Shown here: positions 54,129 through 64,000 of the stretch, in pieces | Numbering within the stretch: the stretch's first letter is position 1 | Layout of the letters: each line of letters begins with the position of its first letter | Source: Eledone cirrhosa | Lineage: Eukaryota | Direction: 5' to 3' | NCBI GenBank assembly: GCA_964016885.1 | Contig: OZ024747.1 | Coordinates: forward strand, 19,592,001-19,656,000 | Length of the DNA: 64,000 nt | Made by a program: the position numbers and the translations under genes | Notes under the pieces: generated by a model | The model's input: only the letters and a program-made list of their open reading frames with translations | What the model was told of the DNA's origin: nothing | The model's database searches: none

Positions 54129-54376
54129 ATTTGTTTCTCCATTTACTCTGTGATATTTGCTATCACACTTTAAGACGTGTCAACAAATCTGAACTTCACT
54201 TAACAATAATTAGAAAAAAACAGACGAGCTTACATAAACATACGTAAATACATACATACAACACACAGTCATACACACACACACATACATACACACATAC
54301 ACACACCCCCATACATATATATAGAGAGAGGGAGATGGAGAGAGGGATATATATATGTCTCTCTCTATATATATAC

Positions 54377-54443
<67 letters not shown>

Positions 54444-54540
54444 CAGAGAGAGATAGAGAGATAGATAGATATATAGATAGAGAGGGAGAGGCAGAGAGAG
54501 AGAGAGAGACAGTCAGACAGACAGAGAGAGAAAGAGAAAG

Positions 54541-54571
<31 letters not shown>

Positions 54572-54586
54572 TTTTCTATACTTTTC

Positions 54587-54655
<69 letters not shown>

Positions 54656-55045
54656 AATGGACCAGCGATCAAAGTAGTACACGATATTATCAGATCGCCG
54701 CAAGTTCAGTCAGTCATGGACTTACAGGCTATCTCTAACATCGCACGTAATTCTATTTTGCAGATGTCAATGATAGAGCAATCTTTTTTTTCACACTTCG
54801 TAGCGTGGAAATCGTGTGTGTGTGTGTGTGTGTACTTTCGCTTAAGCTCTGTTGCACATCCACGCGTTTCAGTGTGTATGTCTCCCAGTTTGGTTTTACG
54901 TATGTAAATGTATATATTTTAATGTTTCCATACGTCTATGCTTGTTTATTTTAAATATGTAAATGTGATGCACAGTGAGTGTATATATGTTTATTTGTGA
55001 GTAAATCCCAAACCTTTGTGTGTTTCTTTTGTACATTTTGCGAAC

Positions 55046-55408
<363 letters not shown>

Positions 55409-55526
55409 CATATATATATATATGTTCATATATATATATATATATATATATGAACATATACATATGTATATGTGTATGTGCGTATGTGCGTATATGTATG
55501 TATATGTGCATATATATATTCATATA

Positions 55527-55615
<89 letters not shown>

Positions 55616-56329
55616 GTGTGTGTGTGTATGTGTGTGTGTGTGTATGTGTGTGTGTGTTTAGCGTTGTGTGTATAATTTCTGATTATTTCTATTCATACGG
55701 TTACAGATTTTATTATCTTGATTTCTCTTTCTTGGAATATCGTTTCCGTAGTCTGGCATCGGGTACTTCAAATTTAACTACCCATTTAATATCAACTAAA
55801 TTTATATATTGATCTATCTCGTGAAAGACGCTGCCACTAGATTTAAAATATATACTTTTCTTATTACATTTTCTGGCCCATGTGTTTTATTACTTCTTCC
55901 GAAAATTATACTTTATTAATATTTTATTTAGTACACTACAAAAGACTGAGGTTTGAATCGAGTATCGTTTAAGATAGAATTCTTTACAAGCACTCCATAA
56001 CTGCCGTTATATTTGAAAATATTAAACGCTTTCGTGTAGAGAATGTTTACACCAAAATGTCTGAGCCGGAAACTTCTGATCCTTTGTATATTATTACCAC
56101 ACTTCGTGTTGCATATTCCTGGTGTGACAAATATATAAACGAAACAACTCTTTCGTGATTTCCTGTTGATCAAAGGAATAGAGGTGTGTATTTTATTTGT
56201 GACTATTTGAAAAGAAATCAAATCTATCCAGGGTAATAAACTTTGATACGGATGAATTGATTACATTTCCATTCATTATTTGTCAGTATTTGTTTATATT
56301 GTATGTATGTATATATGTATGTATATATA

Positions 56330-57506
56330 TATGTATGTTCTTCTGGTTTTATAATTTCACAACATTTTGCCAATAGCGAGAGAGAGAGAGAGAGAGTCGA
56401 TTTCTAACATAGACACAAGACTCTCTCATTGGAATTTACACATCAACTAGGTAGATATGTTTGCATGTCTGCATGCATGTGTGTGTAGTTTTGGATGTTA
56501 CTGTATGTGTGGATGTGTTTGTTTTGAGCTGTATGTGTACATATGTATATGCTTTGTATCTGTACAAGTGTATATGCAGTTATTAGATGCAACATTTTTG
56601 GAAAGTTTTACATATTTTTACTGTTCCATTAATGGATTGTACTTGTAATTTCCTAACTAGTTGTGTTCTTTCTGTTCCTGTGAAGCCTAGCTTCTCAAGA
56701 TTTGTATTGAGGCAGTTACTAACATATCCCAGTGCCCCAATAATCTGAGGCATAAATCGGAAGGTTTAATCAGGGTGGAGTATCTGCAGATTTCTCATCA
56801 GTTCTGAATAAATATTCTCCTTTTCACTAATCTTTGATATTATATTGGCATTTGCTGGGCAGCTAATTTCCACTACTGTGCATGTTTTCTTCTCCCCGTC
56901 CCATATCATAATATCTGGTCTGTTATGCCTGCATTTTATTGGAGTTTTTACAGGAACAATCCACCAGTACTCTTTCATATTATGTACATGGATGTCTTCC
57001 ACATTGTTGTAGCTCTTAATGTGATTATTATCGGAGCTATCTTTTTTACGAACTGCATCGTACAGTGTTTTTCTGTTTCTGTGAAGCCCAGTGTCTCAAG
57101 ATTTGTATTTAGGCAGTTACTAACATATCCCTGTGCCCCAATAATTAAAGGCATAAATCTTAAGGTATAGTTAGGGTGAAGTTTATGTATGTATGTATGG
57201 TTTTATAATTTCACAAAGTGTATGTATGCATGTATGTTCTTCTGGTTTTATAATTTTTGCCAATACAGAGAGAGCCGGATTCTAACATCGATACAAGACA
57301 CTCTCATTGGAATTTACACATCAACTAGGTAGATATGTATGCATGTCTGCATGCATGCATGTGTGTGCAGGTATGGATGTTATTGTATATGTGGATGTGT
57401 ATGTTTTGAGTTGTATGTGTGCATGTGTATAAGTTTTGTATTTGTACATGTGCAGTTATTAGATGCAGAATTTTTGGAATATTTTACATATTTTTACTGT
57501 TCCATA
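56330..57506. repeat. Diverged local tandem duplication (~900-bp offset)
   Basis: 56330-56628 resembles 57230-57506; 56679-56780 resembles 57079-57178. Confidence 0.85.
56660..57060 (-). pseudogene. RLE LINE endonuclease fragment
   Basis: HNRPDIMIWDGEKKTCTVVEISCP...KISEKENIYSELMRNLQILHP. Confidence 0.85.
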
Positions 57507-58747
57507 ACTAGTCTTATTCTTGATAGTTTTAAACGAATGAAACATTTCTAGTCTCGAGGAAGGCATTTCTGTATATCTGTCTTTCTAGGGTGGGTTAAAT
57601 TCCCGAGATACATAGACAAGTTCTCTCCAGCGGTCTCTGATCTTCATCATCGCTGCCATGTCTTGCGTCCCTCAGAGACCAGTGTCTGTCCTTAGGGCTC
57701 CCACAGGACCACCGAGTGCAGTATCTATGATTGTTGAACAGGTAGATTCTGTCGAAGGCATGCATTGAATGAAGTATATGTACATAGATGATTCGGAATG
57801 GACGAAGCGTGTGATTTTTAAATAAAGATAAGCAACAGGATTCTATGATTTCTCGGACACAAACGGGAAACTCTATGCAGTGAATCAGTATCATAAGATT
57901 AACACAAATTACAGGTTAATGTCTTAGATGAAAGACGACACCGTTTCATTCGTGTGTGTGTGTTATATCATCTTATAAACACTATGATTATAAAAATAGC
58001 TATTATGCTCACAACTGGAAAGATTTTGATCACAGGTCTGCTCGCGCAGAGCCAAACTGATGTTAAACAATAACATCAATAAACAGAACAACCATAGCAA
58101 TAACATCAACCATCACAATATTCTATATATTTTGCGTTTAAAAGATTATAAATGAGATATTCCAAAAATCTATATAAAATGTAAGGTAAAACCTGAAACT
58201 AAAATTTGAATTAAGCATATATATATATGTTTATTTTAATATTTTTAATAGTGCTATTTTCTTTCTTTGATAATAAAATTCGTGGTAAATTATTTGTTTC
58301 ATCAAACGTATTAGAGGAAGTGTTACATTAAAATCCAATTTAGTGAAAAAAAAAAAAAATTCCCCCAAAATATTTCCTTTTAAAATTGAGTTTATTTTAA
58401 TCTTAATAAAAAGAAAGTAGGTTTATGTTTTCAATTATCTTAAGGAATATATCAACTTCTTTGCACAAATGTATTTAGTACTATGCAGTATTGTCGCCTC
58501 TTTTTCTCACACTGCGACGCCATCTTCCACCCATTTAATCTGTATTTCCTTAGCTCATTTTGGTTTTATTAGACTTTTGTTTTACAATTAGTGTTGCTTT
58601 ACCTCACTTTCCTAGGCGTTATAAATACCACCACCGTCTCCATCCCTACCAACATGATCCTTATCAGCATCGACATCATCAACATCGTCGTTGTCGTTCT
58701 CACATTCGTCGTCGTTCTCGCGTTTGTTGTCGTCGTTGTCGTCGTCG

Positions 58748-58785
<38 letters not shown>

Positions 58786-59914
58786 GCCGTCGTCTTCATC
58801 ATCAATATCATCATCCTCGCACTTCACATTATCGTTATTATCACTAAAATTCTTGTTGTCATAATCATCCTCAAAATAATCTTGTTACACCTGTGCGCTT
58901 TCTCTGTATTATTGCTAGTTCTTCATATTTATCATTAAATCTCTTTTTATTGCTCTAATAAAATTCAATTATGCAGCAATTTTTTGACACTGTAAAACAT
59001 ATATTTTTAAACATTTATATTTGTTGTTGCCTTATTTCTGTTTCCTATAGGCCTCCTCACGATGTTCCGTAATGCATTTGTGAATTTACAAATGTTAAAC
59101 ACAATGTTATCGATGTCTTTAAGAAAATAGACTCGATACAAAACAAATTAGGAACGCTGTGAACCACGATTAGAATCCTTTTGTTTTCTTGGTTTGGACG
59201 TCATTCTTATATTTATTACAAAATATTCTAAGGTAATGTTAATCGTAAGGTTCTAACCGAAAACGGAGATACCGCTTGATTGCTCAAGCTGCTTGAAACT
59301 GTAACGTTATATCTTTCAAATCATAATCTAACTGCTTAAAAAGGAAAGAAGATAACATATTTCATAATGTAGTCTTATAATATATCCTAAAACAAAGGTA
59401 GTACGATTTGTGCCGTAATGTCTTTCATCTTATGAGTTTCGTAGGGATTGATCTGTGGCTAGAAAGCAATAAATCCTTAAAAGCTAAATCACCCTCTCGA
59501 ATATTTTTTCTCATAGCTTGATAAGAATATTATAACTTTTGGGCTACGTTAGTAAATATAAAACAAGTCTTTAATAGCAGAATAAATATTATACCGCTAG
59601 GAGAAGAAAGAGATGTCTAATGCCATAAAATATAGATCCTTGGGGTGAAAGGGGATTTGCTGTTTACTAGGATCATTTACATGTGAATTCAGAGTAATAA
59701 ACATTTAAAAAGATATAACGCTGAAGGCAAATTGTTGATTGTATCTGTATGTAAAGAGGATAAAATACACGTAAAAACTCGAGCTGCGTAATTGTAAAAT
59801 TGAGCAGAAAATATAAGAGACAAGACGGCAATGGAAGGGACTTTCTAACCATGAGGCTATTCAAGTTTGTTTATCATTTAAAAGATAGTAGAGGAGTATT
59901 ATTGAAGTTAGAAG

Positions 59915-60120
59915 AGCGGTGGATTGGCTAAGGGCGGTGGATTGGAGTATTGGTAGAGAGTCGGACGCCATGCTTTCCAGCATAGTTACGTCCCTTTACG
60001 GTCTGAGTTCAAATCTCGCCGAGGTTTACTTTGCCGTTCATCCTTACGGGGGTCGATAAAATAAAGTACCAGTAATGTACTGGGATAATTACTGGCTTTG
60101 TGCCAAAGTAGAAACAATTA
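59915..60120 (+). mobile_element. SINE copy with duplicated head and TSD
   Basis: ATTATTGAAGTTAGAA on both sides. Confidence 0.92.
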
Positions 60121-60289
60121 TTGAAGTTAGAAACAATTAGAGATACAAGGGGTAGAAAGTGGAAGTTTGAGAGATTTGCCATTTGAAGATGCTGGAACGT
60201 CTTGTGTGACAGCATGTATTATAATCAATTGACAAAGTGTACTGCGTGTACTCTGGTTTAGAGCTTCGAGTTATGGTGTAATCGATTGA

Positions 60290-60590
60290 CAAGGCAGGTA
60301 GTGTAAGTTTTAGGGTGTTTAGTCCTCGATCGTAAGGTTGTAAGTTGGATTTCTTGACCTGGTGGCGCGTTTTGTCTTTGAGTATGACACTTTATGGCAC
60401 ATAGCTCCAATCTACTCTGCTGGCAGAAATGTAACACATTGGACCACGCTTAATCTACGCCAGGCCAACGTTATGTTTACAGGTGTCTGTGGAATGCTCA
60501 GCCACGTACACGGTAATTGGACGAGAAAACAAGTTCCGTTGATTAACACAACTGGAGCATTCGTCGTCCAAAACGATGGAGATCTAACAA
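60290..60590 (+). mobile_element. Old copy of a second SINE family (CORE-like)
   Basis: Degenerate tRNA head followed by GCGTTTTGTCTTTGAGTATGACACTTTA, similar by recall to the CORE motif TGTGTCCTTGAGCAAGACACTT. Confidence 0.5.
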
Positions 60591-60863
60591 CACTGTATTA
60601 AATAATAGATAGGGTGTGTGTATTGAACGACAGTGGGTACTGTAGTAAATAGACATGGGGTAATGCAATAACGCAACGGGATGTATTGTCATGAAAAAAC
60701 ATAGTGTTTGTAGTAAAGCCGTAACTATGTAGAATCAAGAATAGCAGCAACATGCGGGCAGTGAATTAATAATGATCCAAGAGCAGATGGGAAATAAGTA
60801 GATGCTAGTGATGTTGTCTGATGTTGATAATGGTAGTGCTGGTGAGGAAGTGTATAATAGTTA

Positions 60864-61055
60864 TAATTGTTTCTACTTTTTGGCACAAAGCCAGCAATTA
60901 CTCAGTGCATTACTGGTACTTTATTTTATCGACCCCGTAAGGATGAAAGGCAAAGTTAACCTCGGCCGGATTCGAACTCAGAATGGCAAGGGCCGTAACT
61001 CTATGCGTCAAAGTATAGCCTCAGACCCTCTACCGATACTGCCAATCCACCGCCC
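60864..61055 (-). mobile_element. SINE copy (minus) with TSD ATAGTTATAAT
   Basis: Reverse complement of the consensus. Confidence 0.92.
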
Positions 61056-61420
61056 TATCATAGTTATAATGACTATTCTACTTTTTATCATTGAGTTCAT
61101 TTGAATTTTTATTTTATTTATTTCTTTATATTTTTGTTTATTTTTAATCAACTCTCTCATACGGTAGTTATATCTCTAATAATTCATTCAGTATGATAAC
61201 GAAATTAATTTTTTCCCTATTCCATGATTTCTTTGAATGTTAAATTTAAACCTGAGTTTCACGTTCTCGTTTTTAATGAAAGAAATAGTATAATGATTAT
61301 ACCACTTTTTTGAAGATCTAAGACCAGATGTGTTCCAACTGTGACTTCTATGTGTCACAGTTACTGCAATGTAGATGTTAGGTCATGATTCAATGCAGAT
61401 ATCGCTGATATATCTACCAA

Positions 61421-61908
61421 GGGCGGTGGATTGGCAGTATCGGTAGAGGGTCGGACACCATGCTTTGCAGCAATGAGTTACGGGTCCTTATGGTCTGAGT
61501 TAAAATCTCGCCAAGGTTAACTTTGCCTTTCATCCTTACAGGGTCGATAAAATAAAGTACCAGTGATGCACTGGGATAATTGGTGGCCTTGTGCCAAAAG
61601 TAGAAACAATTATATATGAAAGACCCCCACATTGTGCCATTTTAAATGTTTTCTTCAAGACGACACTTTCTGAGATCATGGATTGATCTGAGACCAATTA
61701 ACGCTTCAAATATCCACCGATTGCTAAAACACACTAAAAATATATTATTAGAAGGTCGGACGTCATGCTTTGCAACACAGAGTCAATTACGCCCCTTTAT
61801 TGTCTGAGTTCAAATCCCGCCGAGGTTAACTTTGCCTCTCATCCTTACGGGGTCGATAAAATAAAGTACCAATAATTACTGGCCTTGTGTCAAAAGTAGA
61901 GACAATTA
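61421..61908 (+). mobile_element. Two SINE copies (61421-61611 and truncated 61752-61908)
   Basis: Consensus match. Confidence 0.88.
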
Positions 61909-62375
61909 TTTGAAACTTCCTTTGAATCTGCTTCTTTCCCAAATCATGGATATGATGCTATAATGGCATATACAACAGTAAATGTCTTTGCAAGGTATTT
62001 ATATGGATAATTCTCTTTTCAGCACATACACATTGACAGTCAGCACTATTTTATGTATCTCTTGCAGATGCAGATATGGCTTTTCACGTATCTGATCCAA
62101 GTACCTTTTGTTCAATTTTGTTTTTATCATTCCACGTGCACCGACTATCACTGGTGTTGTACAGACCTTAAGATGCCACATTTTCTCCATTTCAATTATC
62201 AGATCTTTATATTTACTGAGCTTTCGGAACCCTTTACCGAAGCAACATTGTGTTATATTATTTCTGTGGGGTATGAGGTACTGTACACTCCTGTTAATGT
62301 TCTACATCAGTCGTGTTTTGTTATGATGTTTAGCTTGTAGTTTCGTGTGCTAATTTTTGTGTGCTATTTCCGTTG
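61909..62375 (-). pseudogene. 3' fragment of the older RLE LINE family seen at 31545-32415
   Basis: EKMWHLKVCTTPVIVGARGMIK...LQEIHKIVLTVNVYVLKRELSI*; 3' UTR GGGAAAGAAGCAGA shared. Confidence 0.82.
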
Positions 62376-62839
62376 GCTATGGTATTTATGATGTGAGTTA
62401 CTTTATTTTATTGGCTATTATTCTTGAAGAGTATGTTTCGTGTGTTTTGTCTCATTTCATTAGAAGCTTATTGTTTAGGGTGTGTTAAAGTTTTGTGATA
62501 ATGATAAAGATGATGATAGCTACGTTGACAACGCCAATAATGAGGATTACAAGGAAACAAATTTTAAGTGCAACATGGTGTTGATCATGAAAATAATGGT
62601 GCGTTGACAATAGTGATGACAGCGTTCATTATAACAATGATAACGATTATAATACTGACGTGGAAAAGCCATAGGAAGAGTTCAAATATTAACGATCAAT
62701 GTCACAACACTCTTTCATGAAGATGTTGATGAGGACCATGGCGATTGCATAAACGACAAGGATAAAGGAGAGTGAAAAAGGTTAAAATAAGCACAAAGAC
62801 ACTGATGAGAATAACGATGATAGTAATGTAAAGGATAAT

Positions 62840-63303
62840 AATTGTTTCTACTCTTGGCACAATTTGCAATTACCCCATTGCATTACTGGTACTTTATTTT
62901 ATCGATCCCGTAATGATGAAAGGTAAAGTTAACCACGACGGGATTTGAACTCAGACCGTAAAGGGACGTAACTATGCTGGAAAGCATGGCGTCCGACCCT
63001 CTACCGATACTGCCAATTCACCGCCCTTATATGATAATAATAATTGTTTCTACTCTTGGCACAATTTGCAGTTACCCCATTGCATTACTGGTACTTTATT
63101 TTATCGACCCTGTAAGGATGAAAGGCAAAGTTAACCTCGGCGGGATTTGAACTCCGAATGGCAAGGGCCGTAACTCTACGCATCAAGGCATGTCGTCCGA
63201 CCCTCTACCGATACTGCCAATTCACCGCCCTTAGATGATAATAATTGTTTCTACTTTTAGCACAAGGCCAGCAATTACCCAGTGCATTACTGGTACTTTA
63301 TTT
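62840..63303 (-). mobile_element. Three tandem SINE copies (minus; last one partial)
   Basis: Reverse complement of the consensus at 62840, 63042, 63243. Confidence 0.9.
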
Positions 63304-64000
63304 AGATGATAATAATAATGGTGATGAGGATGATAATGGTGATTAGATGATAATAATAATGGTGATGAGGATGATAACAATGGCGTCTAGTAGAATGGAC
63401 GCTGACAACAACGACGATGACGATGACAATCATGACGACGATGAAAATGATAGCGATAATGACAATCTGTGGCTAGATATGAGAAGGAGGAAAATTATGA
63501 TAAGAATGATGAGGATTGTAATGACAGGTTGCAAGTTACCCGGTGTATACTGCAGTATGTGATGATGAGGGAATTACGGACAAAGTAAAGTAGGCAGATA
63601 ATAATGACTATATTTATAAGTATTTCGTATATAATGGATAACCAATTATTACTGGTGATTATTATGACAATGAGTTTTAAAATGAAAATATATTGGAGTA
63701 AACGGGAATATATGTAAATGAAACCACAAGAATATATACGTTCTTACAAAGAAGCACATGCGTATAAAATAGATGAAAAATATATCTTTATCTTGGTGTA
63801 ATCTTAAATAATTTCGTGCTGGAATGCAGATTTTTAAATGTGGTTAACACAAGATCAGTTGATCAATTGATTTTTAGACCTACTCTAGCTCACCTGTTGA
63901 TAGGAATTAATCCGTTATCTAGCTACATATATTTACATATATAATACCATGCCATGTATATATATATATATATATATATGTATATACACGTTCAAGAGTA

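Noticed and set aside
58560-58938. His/Arg/Thr-rich or hydrophobic ORFs (also 12192-12450, 27819-28167, 63347-63562)
   Set aside because: Degenerate trinucleotide microsatellites

Overview
AT-rich, microsatellite-saturated eukaryotic DNA. The repeat landscape resembles an octopus/cephalopod genome, but that is an inference. No host gene is securely identifiable, and almost all listed short ORFs are microsatellite read-through or antisense shadows. The window contains: (1) an apparently intact R4/Dong-like RT+RLE retrotransposon (1130-aa ORF, 3630-7022, minus) and a disrupted sister copy (18.7-22.4 kb), both next to (TAA)n-type repeats; (2) Tx1/L1-like and RTE LINE fragments plus older RLE fragments; (3) about 26 copies of one ~190-bp tRNA-derived SINE, many in tandem and with target-site duplications (TSDs) starting ATTAT. 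The most striking hidden layer is about 17 type-I hammerhead ribozyme (HHR) motifs, intact or degraded, from roughly 10 unrelated sequence families. They lie in short non-coding islands between (TA)n tracts and are often built into palindromes, nested inverted repeats or direct repeats, as expected of Penelope-like pseudo-LTR or retrozyme-like elements. Several palindromes fold back at the ribozyme itself. All structures were read by eye; none has been computed or tested.
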